From NCBI RefSeq assembly GCF_963921235.1, contig NC_086101.1, positions 4,466,001-4,530,000 on the forward strand: 64,000 nucleotides of DNA. Direction: 5' to 3'. This DNA is from Mobula hypostoma (Eukaryota). How positions within the stretch are numbered: position 1 is the stretch's first letter; each line of letters begins with the position of its first letter. A program made the position numbers and the translations under genes. This document shows positions 11,091-24,915 of the stretch, in pieces. Under the pieces are notes generated by a model. That model did not search any database and had not been told where the DNA came from. It saw only the letters and a program-made list of their open reading frames with translations.

Positions 11091-13289
11091 GTAAGGGGGC
11101 AGCGGAGGAGGAGGGAATGGAGGAAGGGGTTGGGTATGTCTCACTCTGTATTGGGTGTGCGGCAGCGAGGTGTTTGTGGTTCGGATTAGAGTGTTAACAA
11201 CAAACTCGCCCTAGGGACTACCGCAGAGATTAGTGGTGTCAGTCTACCTTGACAACTCTCCTCTCAGGAGCCTTCCTTTGACCTAGTCCACTCTCCCCCC
11301 CCCCCTTGCCTTCTACCTTACAATCCCCGCCCCTCTCCCCCTGCTCCCCTACGATCCACCGCCCCCTCCCACTGTCGCCTTCTATCACCACAGGATCCCC
11401 TCCCTCTCTCCCTGCGATCACCCCCTACCACCCACCATTTCCCCTCCGATCCAGCCTCTCCACCTCCCCCTTACGATCCCCCTCTCCGCCTAAGATCTCC
11501 CCCTTTCCCCCGACGTTCCCATTCACCCTGCTACGACCCCATTCAACCCCCTACAACCCCCCTCTCCCCACTGTATTCTCCCACTCCACCCTTTTCCTCC
11601 CCTCTCCTATCCTCCATACCAGCTCTCAAACCACTTCTCGCCTTCAATCCCCCTCCCCACCCATCTCTTCCGCCCCTACACGTCTCCTCCCCTCTCGTCT
11701 CCCCCTCCCCTCTTTCTCCCTCGCCCCGCGGGCGGCCGACCTCTGGCCGGCAGAGTTGGAACCGGGGCCCGAATGTTCTCCCGGCGCTTACACCTTGATC
11801 CTGAAAGGGAAGAAGCTCGCTTTGATTCTGAGGTGAAACTTTTCTCCACACGGAAGTCTGATGAAAGTTTGGACCGCCAGTGTCTGAGAAATGTTAATAT
11901 TTACCCGGGACCTCAGACTGAAGGTCGTTTTGGACGGGCGCCGACACAGAGGGAAGCCCGTGTTATCGGCTTTTCGGTGGGGGTTGCGGTGTGTCGGCGA
12001 GGCTGGTTTCATTCCACCGGTTGTGGAGGGGGACGGAATCGGTCAGGTTTAATATCGCCGACATCGGCCGTGAAATGTGTTGTTCTTTGTAATACTTAGT
12101 AAAGACTATGACTCTTAAGGTTGACACGGCCGGGGAGGGTAGTAGGGGTCAGCTCCCATTCAATGCTCTCAATGGTATATATCAGTGCTGCTGATGGGTT
12201 CATTCAGAAATCTGGTGGTGGAGGGAAAAAACGGTTCCTGAAATGTTCCTTCCGGCTCCTGTACCTCCTCTCTAATGGTAGCAACGAGAAGAGGGCATGT
12301 CCTGGGCCATGGGGGATGCTGCTTTTTCCTGCTTGCATCTGGGAGCAGGTTTCACATCGAACTCGCGGCTGAGCTGTCGCGCTGACGGAGTTTTGCGGGA
12401 GGGGAGCCCCGCTGGGTCGCGGAGCCTGTGTGCGCTCGGATGGGAAGTTTAACACCCCCCAGCAGCGATTGCGGTGTTGTGTGAGTGTGCGTGCGTGCGG
12501 AGCTGTCCCCAGGATGACTGAGGCGAAGGCCGCACTCGTCACCGCCGGCCAGTCCGGAGGTTTTGGGGGCGTTGGGCGGCGGAATGCAGAGAGCCAGGAG
12601 GTCTGGACCAGGAAGTGTGGGCTGTTTATTCCCGCCCGCTCGTCGCCGGGCCCAAGATTTGCGGTCTCTGACGCCACGGCGTCAACAATCATCCGGGATG
12701 TCCTGTTACCCCGGTTCAGCCGGGGCTGGGAGGCTGCCATCAGGAAGAAGGTACAGGAGCCGCAGGACCCACCAGGTCCAGGAACAGTAGTCACCTCTCA
12801 ACCATCGGCCTCTTGAACTAAAGGGAATAACTTCACTCACCCCCATCACTGAACTCCTCCCGCAACCTATGGACCCATTCATCTCATGTTCTTGATATTT
12901 ATTGCGTATTTATTTTGTATTTGCAAAGTTTGCTCTCTTTTGCACACTGGTGTTTGTCCCTCCTGTTGTGTGCGGTCTTTGGGTGATTTCATTGTGTGTG
13001 GTGTTTCTTCGCATTGACTGCGAATGCCCACAAGAAACCGAATCTCGGGGTAGAAATGCACTTCACTTTGAACTCTGAAGTTTTGGGCTAATTCTGGGCC
13101 AAGGATAGATCTTCAGGGATGTTGACGCCCAGATAATCTGCCTTTGGATGACACATTGCGGATTGTGTGACGAGACGAATGAAATTCCATTTGTCTGATC
13201 ACTCTGCCTGTCTCTGTTCCTTTGGGGAATCCAAATACCTCAGCAAAATATGCCCTCTGATCGAGGAATGTGACCACGTGGGTTGAGTA

Positions 13290-13480
13290 TGATGTTCCCC
13301 TCAGGGGTTGTCTCTTGGCGAGTTCTCGGGTGGCAGTAGAGGCCGATACAGAATTCACATATTCTGGTGCAGTGTGGACAAGAGAAAATACGGGCCGTGG
13401 TTAGTTGCCGGGATATTTGGCTGTTTGGTTTCTTCCTTCCCAGCAGTTGCTTGTTTTTTTTTTGCGGCACAGTGAAAGTT
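13290..13480 (-). mobile_element. RTE-type LINE C-terminal fragment
   Basis: FSCPHCTRICEFCIGLYCHPRT resembles the RTE terminal C2H2 motif (CPxCxRxCxSRIGLxSH). Confidence 0.65.
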
Positions 13481-15520
13481 GTTCTCGTGTAGACCTCCCA
13501 TCCAACTGTGGAGATCGTTCTGACATCCTGCCCCACTGTGGAGATTATTCTCGAGTGACTTTCCATCCCATAGCCGAGATCGTACGCATGTAGACCTCCC
13601 ATCCCACAGAGCACTTCGTTCCCGTGTAGACATCCCGTCCCGCAGTGCAGATCATTCTTGTACAGCCTCTCACCCCCATTCCACAGGGGAGATCATTCCC
13701 GTGTAGACCACCCATCCCACAATGGAGATTGCTCTCGTGTAGAGCCCCCCATCCACAATGGAGATTGCTCTCGTGTAGACCACCCATCCACAATGGAGAT
13801 TGCTCTCGTGTAGACCTCCCGTCCCACACTGGAGATTTCTCTCGTGTGGACCTCCCGTCCCACACTGGAGATTTCTCTCGTGTGGACCTCCCGTCCCACA
13901 CTGGAGATTTCTCTCGTGTGGACCTCCCGTCCCACACTGGAGATTTCTCTCGTGTGGACCTCCCGTCCCACAATGGAGATTTCTCTCGTGTGGACCTCCC
14001 GTCCCACAATGGAGATTGCTCTCATGTAAACCCCCACATCCCACAGTGGATATCATTTCCGTCTAGACCCCCACATCCCACAGTGGATATCATTTCCGTC
14101 TAGACCCCACATCCCACAGTGGAGATCTTTCCCGTGTAGACTCCCACATCCCAGAGTGGAGATCATTCCCATGTAGACCCCCACATCCCACAGTGGAGAT
14201 CTTTCCCGTGTAGAGCCCCACATCCACAATGGAGATTGCTCTCGTGTAGACCACCCATCCACAATGGAGATTGCTCTCGTGTAGACCTCCCGTCCCACAC
14301 TGGAAATTTCTCTCGTGTGGACCTCCCGTCCCACACTGGAGATTTCTCTCGTGTGGACCTCCCGTCCCACACTGGAGATTTCTCTCGTGTGGACCTCCCG
14401 TCCCACACTAGAGATTTCTCTCGTGTGGACCTCCCGTCCCACACTGGAGATTTCTCTCGTGTGGACCTCCCGTCCCACACTGGAGATTTCTCTCGTGTGG
14501 ACCTCCCGTCCCACACTGGAGATTTCTCTCGTGTGGACCTCCCGTCCCACAATGGAGATTTCTCTCGTGTGGACCTCCCATCCCACAATGGAGATTGCCC
14601 TCATGTAGACCCCCACATCCCACAGTGGATATCATTTCCGTCTAGACCCCCACATCCCACAGTGGATATCATTTCCGTCTAGACCCCACATCCCACAGTG
14701 GAGATCTTTCCCGTGTAGACTCCCACATCCCAGAGTGGAGATCATTCCCGTGTAGACCCCCACATCCCACAGTGGAGATCTTTCCCGTGTAGAGCCCCAC
14801 ATCCTACAGTGGATATCATTTCTGTGTAGATCCCACAGTGGAGATCTTTCCCGTGTAGACCCCCACATCCTACAGTGATCATTCTTGTGTAGATCTCCCA
14901 TCCCACAGTGGAGTTCATTCTCGTCTACACCCCCAGTCCCACAGTGGAGATCATTCTTGTGTACACCTCCCATCCCACAGTGGAGATCATTCACAGGTAA
15001 TACTCTGATCCCACAACAAAGATTGTTCTCGAGTAACCCTCCCGTCCCACAGCAAATGTCATTCTCGAGTAATCCTTCCATCCCACTGTGGAAATTGTTA
15101 TTGTGTAGACCCTCACATCCCACAATGGAGATCATTCTCATGTGGACCTCCCATCCTACAGCAGATATTGTTCTCATGTAGACTTCCTGTCCCACAGAGG
15201 AGATCATTCTTGTGTAGATCTCCCATCCCACAGCAGTGATCGTTCTTGTGTAGTCTTCCCATCCCACAGTGGAGCTCGTTCCTGTGTGGACATCCTGTCT
15301 CACAGTGCAGATTGTTCCACTGTAGACCCCCACAGCCCATAGCAGAGATCGTTCTCATGTAGACCTCCCGTCCCACAATGGAGATCATTCTCGTGTGGAT
15401 CTCCCGTCCCACAATGGAGATCATTCTCGTGTGTGCGGAGACTGTTCCTGTGTAGACCTCCTATCCCACAGTCGAGATCGTTCTCGTGTAGACATCCCAT
15501 CCCACAGTGGAGATAGTTTT
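13480..15520. repeat. ~36-bp minisatellite (GTGTAGACCTCCCGTCCCACACTGGAGATTTCTCTC)
   Basis: Tandem units with a homogeneous core and diverged flanks; 12-aa periodicity in all overlapping ORFs. Confidence 0.97.
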
Positions 15521-16119
15521 CCTGTAATTCTCCCGTCTATTATTATGTCATCAGTGAACTTGGATATCTTGCTGTCTGTTTCCTCCTACCACTTATGAGC
15601 ATAGATGGTAAATAACCGACCGTCCTTGGGTCAGTGAACTAGTTGTATCTTTCCAATCTAACAAAATTACCAACGGGTATATTATTGCCACAGATACAGT
15701 GAAACTGTTTTGCTTGCCATGCCTACAGATCAGTTCATCATAACAGTACATCGAGGTATTACAAGGGAAGCAATAGCAGAGTGCAGAATAAAGTGTTCCC
15801 ATTCCAGACAGATAGTAAGTGCAAAGTCATTACAAGGTAGACTGTGAGGTCGAGGGTCCATTTTTTGTTCAGTCGTCTTAAACCAGCGGCGGGGGGGGGA
15901 GAGAGGGGGGGGAGCTGTCCTTGAGCTTGGTGCAATGTACCGGCTTGTTCTGACTTGCCTTTTGTTGTGATGTCCTGTCCATCACTGGACATTGCAGCAC
16001 AGTGAGGGTGTTTGGCACACAATGTTGTTCCAAACCTTTAACCTATTCCAAAATCAGTCTAACCCTTTCCTCCCACGTGGCCATTCAGTTTTCTATAAAC
16101 CATGCTCTGTGTAAGTGCA

Positions 16120-17420
16120 ATTACAAAGAAAACACGCAACGCGTCTACTCCCTTAAGTTTGAGGGGATACGGCACAACATCTAAAACTCTGACAAACTTC
16201 TATAGATGTGTGGTGGAGAGAACATTGACTGGCTGCATCACACCTGATGTAGAAACACCGATGCCCTTGAATGGAAACTCCCACAAACTCTGATGGATAC
16301 GGCCCTGTCCATCACGGGTAGAGCTGCCACAGCACCCCCCCCCCCCCGCAACACTGAGCATTGTCGCAGGAAAGTAGCCACCATCATCAGCGACCCCAAA
16401 AACCCAGAACATGCTCTCTTAACTTCCGTTAATGCCCCACCTCCCTTCGTACTCCATCCCTTATTTATTTATATTTATATATTTTTTCCTCTCTCTCTTT
16501 TTCTCCCTCTGTCCCTCTCACATAGTCATAGTCATACTTTATTGATCCCTGGGGAATTGGTTTTCGTTACAGTTGCACCATAAATAATAAATAGTAATAG
16601 AACCATAAATAGTTAAATAGTAATATGTAAATTATGCCAGTAAATTATGAAATAAGTCCAGGACCAGCCTATTGGCTCAGGGTGTCTGACCCTCCAAGGG
16701 AGGAGTTGTAAAGTTTGATGGCCACAGGCAGGAATGACTTCCTATGACGCTCTGTGTTGCAGCTCGGTGGAATGAGTCTCTGACTGAATGTACTCCTGTG
16801 CCCAACCAGTACATTATGTATAACTATAACTCCTTGCCCATCCTCTGGGCTCCCCTCCCTGTCTTTCTCCCTAGGCCACCCATCCCATGGCCCTCTCCCT
16901 TCTCCAGCCTTGTATCCCTTTTGCCAATTAACTGTCCAGCTCTTGGCTCCATCCCTCCCCCTCCTGTCTTCTCCTATCATTTTGAATTTCCCCCTCCCCC
17001 TCCCCCTCCCCCTCCCATTTTCAAATCTCTTACCATCTCTTCTTTCAGTTAGTCCTTGGCCCGAAACGTCGACTGTACCTCTTCCTAGAGATGCTGCCTG
17101 GCCTGCTGCGTTCACCAGCAACTTTTTATGTGTGTTGCTTGAAATTCCAGTATCTGCAGATTTCCTCATGTTTGTGTTTTTACATGCTCTCCTCTTGCTG
17201 CTTTCTGCAGTAAGAAGGTACAGGAGCCTCAGGACCTGCACCACCAGGTTCAGGAATAATTATTGCCACTCAACCAGCAGGCTCTTGAACCAACGGGGGT
17301 AAACTACACTGGCAGTGCTGGGTCACCGGGTCCCGGGTTTTATTGTGTTTCCTTGTCTTGCGGCTGCCTGCCAGAAGACAAAAACCCAAGTTTGTATAAT
17401 ATACACACACTTTGATAATA
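16120..17420. mobile_element. Nested cluster: old Rex1-like (+) interrupted by Penelope terminal sequence and a young Rex1-like 3' end (16520-16820, -)
   Basis: TLTNFYRCVVE..TGCIT (+); HNVLVGHRSTFSQRLIPP..KSFLPVAIKLYN (-), nearly identical to 61867-62430; Penelope terminus GGCCCGAAACGTCGACTG at ~17058. Confidence 0.75.
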
Positions 17421-17960
17421 AATGATGTACTTTGAGCTGTGAACATTTGCAGTGACCCAGCAATGCCAGTTGTTTCATGACCTTGCAGTCGACCTCACTG
17501 TCCTCGTAAATCATGGCTTAATTGAACTGCGCTGCCCTCTCTCTGGAGCTGCTACACTTTATTCTGCATTCTGTTGTTGTTTTCCCTTGTTCTATGGTAA
17601 CGCACTGTGTAATCAGTAGGGACGATGTGCAAGACTAACTTTCCCCTGTAAACCGTTCATGTGCCACATTAAACCAATTCACGCTCCCCACGAGCTGATT
17701 CAGTCTCACTTACTTGAAAGTTCAAAGTACACTATTTATTATCAAAGTGTGTGTGCAGAGTTCCGTCTCCTTGCAGGCGGCCGCAGAACAAGGAAACACC
17801 ACGAAAACTATTAACCACCTCCCCCCCACTCCCACACAAAGGCCGTCAAACACTCTCTGGCAAAACAAAGAACGAATTGTGCGAACGACAACAAAAAATA
17901 AACAAATAACTCACAGAACATGAACCGCAGAGTCTCCGAAACTGACTCCACAGGCGTCAA

Positions 17961-18615
17961 GCCAGTCCAGGAGTCAGATAGCTGCAGGCCACAGGCACAG
18001 AGCCAGTTCAGTGCTGAGGGGAATGTAGCCGGTCCAGGAGTCAGATGGCTGCAGGCCACAGCCACGGAGCCAGTTCAGTGCTGAGGGGAATGTAGCTGGT
18101 CCGAGAGTCAGATGGCTGCAGGCCACAGGCACGGAGCCAGTTCAGTGCTGAGGGGAATGTAGCCAGTCCAGGAGTCAGATAGCTGCAGGCCACAGCCACG
18201 GAGCCAGTTCAGTGCTGAGGGGAATGTAGCCGGTCCAGGAGTCAGATGGCTGCAGGCCACAGCCACGGAGCCAGTTCAGTGCTGAGGGGAATGTAGCCGG
18301 TCCGAGAGTCAGATAGCTGCAGGCCACAGCCACGGAGCCAGTTCAGTGCTGAGGGGAATGTAGCCGGTCCGAGAGTCAGATAGCTGCAGGCCGCAGGCAG
18401 GGAGCCAGTTCAGTGCTGAGGGGAATGTAGCAGGGTCCAGGAGTCAGATAGCTGCAGGCCGCAGGCAGGGAGCCAGTTCAGTGCTGAGGGGAATGTAGCT
18501 GGTCCGAGAGTCAGATAGCTGCAGGCCGCAGGCACAGAGCCACTTCAGTGCTGAGGGGAATGTAGCCGGTCCGAGAGTCAGATAGCTGCAGGCCGCAGGC
18601 AGGGAGCCAGTTCAG
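17961..18615. repeat. 67-bp tandem repeat, about 10 copies
   Basis: GAGCCAGTTCAGTGCTGAGGGGAATGTAG.. recurs at 18000, 18067 and onward. Confidence 0.97.
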
Positions 18616-20847
18616 GTCAGCACTGAGGCGAGTGCAGAGGCTGCAGGCCGCCGCAACAGCGTCGGTTCAGCACTGAAGTGCCTTGATCAAATCGCGGAAA
18701 TAGTAAGAGAGAAAGTTTTCGCATTTTTTAAAAAAAGGACGCACATGGACTGTCAACCACAGAGTCCTGAACCGCGAGTCCACGGCTACATGGCTCGTTC
18801 GGTGCTGAGGGAGCGAAGCCGGTCCAGCAGCCCGGTGGGTGCAGGGTGACGACTGCTCCTGAACCCGGTGGTGTGGGACCCAAGGCCCCCGCATTTCCTC
18901 CCTGACAGCGGTAGCGAGAAAAGAGGGTGATGGGTCAAATGCAGGGAGATGGAGTTAACCCCATCACCCCCTACTGGGGCGTAGGCCGCGGACAGCAGCT
19001 TGTCCTGGGCGTCCAAACAGAGACATGTCTTTTGTTTCTGCAGCTTCCCTGCTGCCCAGAACAACCTGTTTCTCCCTCTCATGCCCACAGCAGACATTCT
19101 CTCACCACCCCCCCCACCACATTGGCAGGAGGTACTAAAAACTGTAAAGCACCCAACACCAATCTCAAGGACAGCTTTTATCAGACTCTTAATTGGATCA
19201 CTTGCAGGATAAGATGGACTCTTGACCTCAGAACCCAACTCATTATGATCCTGCACTTTATCATTTACTGGCACCGCACGTTTTCGGGAGCTGCTAATTT
19301 ATTCCGCATTCTTATAGGTTTACCTGATTCCGCTTCAATACCCTGTGTCACGAGCTGATCGGAATAAGCAGTATGTAAGACAAGCTTTTCACTATATCTA
19401 ATAAGCCAGTTCCTATCCCGGTGTTCAGGGGAGGGATTTTGCGACCCTAGTCCTGTCTGGCTCTGACCTGACCACAGGCCTTTGACAAAATGCCGCACAT
19501 GATGCTGCTAAGCAGGGTAAGAGCCCATGGCACAGGAAAGACACCAGCATGGATAGAAGATATTTGAAATTATGAGAGGCATCCATAAAGTGAGTAGGGG
19601 AGACCTTTTCTCCAGGGTAGGGGAGACCAGAATTCGAGGGCATATATTTAGACCATAAGACCACAAAACATAGGAGCAGAATTAGGCCATTCAGCCCATC
19701 AAGTCTACTCCGCTGTTCCATCATGGCTGATCTCTGGATCCCACTTAACCCCACACACCTGCCTTCTTGCCATAACCTTTGATGCCCCGACCAATCAGGA
19801 AACGATCAACTTCCACCTTAAATATATCCACGGACTTGGCCTCCACCGCTCTCTGTGGCAGAGCATTCCACAGATTCACGACTCTCTGGCAAAAAAAAAT
19901 CCTCCTTACCTCTGTTCTAAAAGGTCACCCCTCAATGTTGTGGCTGTGTCCTCTACTTCTGGATAAATCCACCACAGGAAACATCCTCTCCACATCCACC
20001 CTATCTAGTCTGTTCAACATTTCAGTGAAATCCCCCTGCATTCATCTAAATTCCAGTGAGTACAGGCCCAAAGCTGCCAAAAGCTCTTCATACATTAACC
20101 TCTTCATTCCCAGAATCATCCTTGTCAACCTCCTCTGGACTCTCTCCAATGACAACACATCCTTTCTGAGATCTGGGGCCCAAAACTGTAAACAATACTT
20201 CAAGTGTAACCTGACTAGAGTCTTATAAAGCCTCAGCATTATCTCCTCATTTTTATACTCTATTCCCCTTGAAATAAATGCCAACATTTCATTTGCCTTC
20301 TTTATCACTGACTCAACCTGTAAATTAACCTTCTGAGTCTTGCATGAGGACTCCCAATTCCCTCTGCACCTCTGATGTTTGGACTTTCTCCCCATCTAGA
20401 TAATAGTCTGCACTATTGTTCCTTTTACCAAAGTGCATTATTGTACATTTCCCAACATTGTATTCCATCTGCCACTTTTTCGCCCATTCTTCCAGTTTGT
20501 CTAGGTCCTGCTGCAATTGCATTGCTTCCTCAGCACTACCTACCCCTCCACCTATCTTCGTATCACCCACAAAGCCATCAATTCCATTATGCAAATCACT
20601 GACAAACAATGTGAAAAGTAGCGGTCCCAATACTGACTCCTGAGGAACACCACTAGTCACTGGCAGCCAACCAGAAAAAGCCCCCTTTTATTGCCACTCT
20701 CTGCCTCCCGCCTGTCAGCCATTCCTCTATCCATGCCAGTATCTTTCCCGTAACGCCACAGGATTTTATCTTGTTAAGCAGCCTCATGTGTGGCACCTTA
20801 TCAAATGCCTTCTGAAAATCCAAGAAAATGACAGCCACTGTCTCTTC

Positions 20848-21046
20848 CACACAAAATGCTGGAGGAACTCAGCAGGCCAGGCAGCATCTATGGGAAAAAG
20901 TAAAGTCGATGTTTCAGACTGAAGGGTTTTGGCCCGAAACATTGACTGTGCATTTTTCCATAGATGCTGCCTGGCTGGCTGAGTTCCTCCAGCATTTTGT
21001 TTGTGTTGCTCAGATTTCCAACATCTGCAGATTTTCTCTTGTTTCT
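20848..21046. mobile_element. Fold-back Penelope terminal-repeat insert
   Basis: Inverted arms around ~20918; imperfect TSD CCACTGTCTCTTC (20835-47) / CCACTGCCTCTCC (21047-59). Confidence 0.8.
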
Positions 21047-21425
21047 CCACTGCCTCTCCTTTGTCAGCATGTTGTTACTTCCTCGAAGAACTCAGGCAAG
21101 ATTTCCCCTTACAGAAATCATGCTGACTTTGACTTATTTTATCATTAGTCTCTAAGTCCCTTGAAACCTCACCCTTAATAATAGACTCCAGCACTTTCCC
21201 AACCACTGAGGTGAGGCTAAATGGCCTATAACTTCCTTTCTTTTGCGTTCCTGCCTTCCTAAAGAATGGAGTGACATTTGCAATCTTCCAGTCCTCTGGG
21301 ACCATGCCAGAATCAAGTGATTCTTGAAAGATCATGAGCAATGCATCCATTATCTCTTCAGCAACTTCTCTCAGGACTCTGGGATATAATTCATCTGGTC
21401 CAGGTAACTTACCCACCTTAAGACC

Positions 21426-21650
21426 AGCAACACACATAAAAGTTGCTGGTGAACGCAGCAGGCCAGGCAGCATCTCTAGGAAGAGGTACAGTCGACGTTT
21501 TGGGCTGAGACCCTACATCAGGTTGAAGGGTCTCAGCCCGAAACGTTGACTGTACCTCTTCCTGGAGATGCTGCCTGGCCTGCTGCGTTCACCAGCAACT
21601 TTTATGTGTGTTGCCTGAAATTCCAGCATCTGCAGAATTCCTTGTGTTTG
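21426..21650. mobile_element. Fold-back Penelope terminal-repeat insert
   Basis: Near-perfect inverted arms of ~87 bp; perfect 13-bp TSD CCACCTTAAGACC (21413-25, 21651-63). Confidence 0.9.
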
Positions 21651-22339
21651 CCACCTTAAGACCTTTGAATTTGTCTGGCACTTTTTCCTTTGTAATAGCA
21701 ATGGCACTCACTCCTGCTCCCTGACACACTCGGACCTCTGGCACACTGCTAGTGTCTTCCACAGTGAAGACAGATGCAAAGTATCCATTAGGTTCATCTG
21801 CCATTTTTTGTCCCTCATTACTACCTCACCAGCATCATGTTCCCGTGGTCCAATATCAACTCTCAGCTCTCTTGTACTTTATTTTATATAACTGGAAAAG
21901 AAAACTTTTGGCATCCTGCTTTATGTTATTGGCTGGCCTGCCCTCATATTTCATCTTTTCTCTTCTTATAGCTTTTAAATTTCCTTTTGTTGGATTTTAA
22001 AAGCTTCCCAATCGTCCAACTTCTCACTAACTTTTGCTACCTTGTATGCCCTTTCCTTGGCTTTTATGCAGTCCTTAACTTCCCTAGTCAGCCACAGTTG
22101 GTACCCCTGCCATTTCAGAACAAGTTCTTCTTTGGGATATATCTGAGCTGCGCCTTGCGGACTATTCCCAGAAACTTCAGCCATCTCTGTTCTGCTGTCA
22201 TCCCTGCCAGTATCCTCCTCCAATCCACCTGGGCAAGCTCCTCTCTCATGCCTCTGTAATTCCCTTTATTCCATTGTGATACTGATAGATGTGACTTGTG
22301 CTTCTCCCTCTCAAAATGCAGTATGAATTCAATCATGTT

Positions 22340-23445
22340 GAATACTGAATACTTTGCTTCAGTATTCACTACGGAAAAGACCTTGGTGATTTTAGGGATG
22401 ATTTACAGCGGATTGAAAAGCTTGAGCATATAGACATTAAGAAAGAGGTTGTGCTGGAGCTTTTGGAAAGCATCAAGTTGGATAAGTCACCGGGACCAGA
22501 TGAGATGTACCCCAGGCAACTGTGGGAGACAAGGGAGGAGATTTCTGAGCCTCTGGCAATGACCTTTGCATTATCAAAGGGGACAGGAGAGGTTCTGCAG
22601 GATTGGGGGGTTGCAGATGTTGTTCCCTTATTCAAGAAAGGGAGTAGAGATAGCCCAGGAAATTATAGACCAGTGAGTCTTACTTCAGTGGTTGGTAAGT
22701 TGATGGAGAAGATCCTGAGAGGCAGGATTTATGAATATTTGGAGAGGTATAATATGATTAGGAATAGTCAGCATGGCTTTGTCAAAGGCAGGTCGTGCCT
22801 TACGAGCCTGATTGAATTTTTTGAGGATGTGACTAAACACATTGATGAAGGAAGAGCAGTAGATGTAGTGTATATGGATTTCAGCAAGGCATTTCATAAG
22901 GTATCCCAAGCAAGGCTTGTTGAGAATGTAAGGAGGCATGGGATCCAAGGGGATCTTGCTTTGTGGATCCAGAACTGGCTTGCCCACAGAAGGCACAAAG
23001 TGGTCATATTCTGCATGGAGGTCGGTGACCAGTGGTGTGCCTCAGGTCTGGGACCCCTACACTTCGCGATTTTTATAAATGACCTGGATGAGGAAGTGGA
23101 GGGATGGGTTAGTAAATTTGCTGATGACACAAAGGTTGGGGGTGTTGTGAATAGTCTGGAGAGTTGTCAGAGGTTACAGTGGGACATTGATAGGATGCAA
23201 AAACTGGGCTGAGAAGTGGCAGGTGGAGTTCAACCCAGATAAGTGTGAAGTGGTTCATTTTGGTAGGTCAAATATGATGGCAGAATATAGTATTAATGGT
23301 AAGACTCTTGGCAGTGTGGAGGATCAGAGGGATCTTGGGGTTCAAGTCCGTAGGACCTTCAAAGCAGCTGCGCAGGTTGACTCTGTGGTTAAGAAGGCGT
23401 ATGGTGTATTGGCCTTCATCAGCCGTGGGATTGAGTTCAAGCGCT
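22340..23445 (+). mobile_element. CR1 RT fragment nested in the older CR1
   Basis: DKSPGPDEMYP, NYRPVSLTSVVGK, SQHGFVKGRSCLT, YMDFSKAF and KFADDTK motifs. Confidence 0.93.
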
Positions 23446-24589
23446 GAGAGGCTCTTGTATAGCTTTTCTATGTTCTATATTATCCTATATAGCTTTTCTG
23501 TGTTCTATATCATGGTCACTGCCTCCGAAGGGATTCCCTTACATTAAGCTCCCTAATAAGATCTGGGTTATTACATAACATCCACTCTGAAATAGCCTTT
23601 CCCCGAGTAGGCTTAAGCACAAGCTGCTCTAAAAAGCCATCTCATAGGCATTCAACAAATTTCCTCTCTTGCGATTCGATACCAACTTGATTTTCCCAAT
23701 CCTCTTGCATCTTGAAGTCCCCCATTACAATTGTGACATTGCCCTTATTACATGCCTTTTTCAGCTCCTTTTGCAATCTCAACCCCACATCTTGGCTACT
23801 ATTTGGAGGCCTATATGTGATTCCAGTAGTGGTGTTTTTACCTTTGCAGATTCTTAAAGACACTCACAAAGATTCAACATTTTTTGACCCTATGTCACCT
23901 CTTTCTAAAGATGTAATTCCATCTTTTACCGACAGAGCCACACCACCGCCTACGCCTTCCTGTCTGTCCTTTTGATGCAAAGTAAATCCTTTGATGTCGA
24001 GCTCCCAACTGCTGCCCTCTTTCAGACACGACTCATTGACATCCAGAATGTCACACCGACCCATCTCTAATTGGGCCATGAGTTCATCCACATTATTCCG
24101 AATGCTATGCACATTTAAACACAGCACCTTCAGTCCTGCATTGTTCGCTCTTTTGAATTTTGCCTCTGCGGTACAATTTAACTCTTTGCTCTATCTGCAT
24201 TTGTTACCCAATCATTGACTTTAGGATGAGAGGGAAAGATTTAACAGAGATCTGAGGGGCAGGTTTTTCACCCAGAGGATGGTGAGTCCCAGAGGCAGTG
24301 GTCGAAGCAGGTTAAATAGTGTCATTGAGGAAGCACTTGGACAGGTGTATGGGGGGGGGAGGGTGAAGGGTTTTTAACCATGCTGTATCGCTGTATAACT
24401 CTGATAGACGTTGGACTGAGCACTTTGACGGGTGTATGGGGGGGGGGGGAGGCGGAGGGCTTGTAACCATGCTGTATTGCTCTATTTCTCTGATAGACAT
24501 TGGCTTCAGCATGTTACCTTGACCTGGAAAGAAACTCGGTAGTCACTTTATTCGGTACCTCTGAGTGTAGATATCTGCTCCTTCTGCCG

Positions 24590-24915
24590 ATCGTGGAGGT
24601 TACTGAGCACATTAAAACCAGTCACTTTCAGCAGATGGGGCTCGTCAGACATGGTTGGCAGCTCACCTCTGATCTCAAGCCTCCGCTGCCTTGCGGCTAC
24701 ACCCACTCATGGGGAAGGCTTTGGGAGTAAACCCCAAGGGACAATTCTGGAGCTGGAGTCCCTCAGGCAGTCCGACATTGAGTTCAAAGCTGACTGGCAA
24801 TTCCTACGACACCGCTGACACCAAACTGAAGTGGTGTGTGATGTTCCTTTGGATTCATCAGCTGTGTGGAGAGGGGCAGCGTTCCCTCCAATTCCTACTG
24901 CCCTGGCTTGCATAG
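24590..24915 (+). mobile_element. Interspersed repeat, possibly RTE 5' UTR-like
   Basis: Its 3' part resembles the body of the SINE at 51738-52038 (GACAC..CTG..CCAA.CTG..CCTTTGGA..CATCAG..GTGGAGAGGG). Family assignment is from recollection. Confidence 0.4.

Larger units (their letters stand above)
19650..24220 (-). mobile_element. Older CR1 (APE endonuclease to 3' end) interrupted by later insertions
   Basis: LCLNVHSIRNNVDEL, GITYRPPNS..IVMGDF, PGPDELYPRVL, FLDFQKAFDKVPH and VPQESVLGPLLF motifs in order on the minus strand. Confidence 0.88.

Noticed and set aside
13480..15520. CRISPR-like 36-bp repeats or zinc-finger-like repeat ORFs
   Set aside because: Units are contiguous with no unique spacers, there are no cas genes, the context is eukaryotic, and ORFs are open in many frames.
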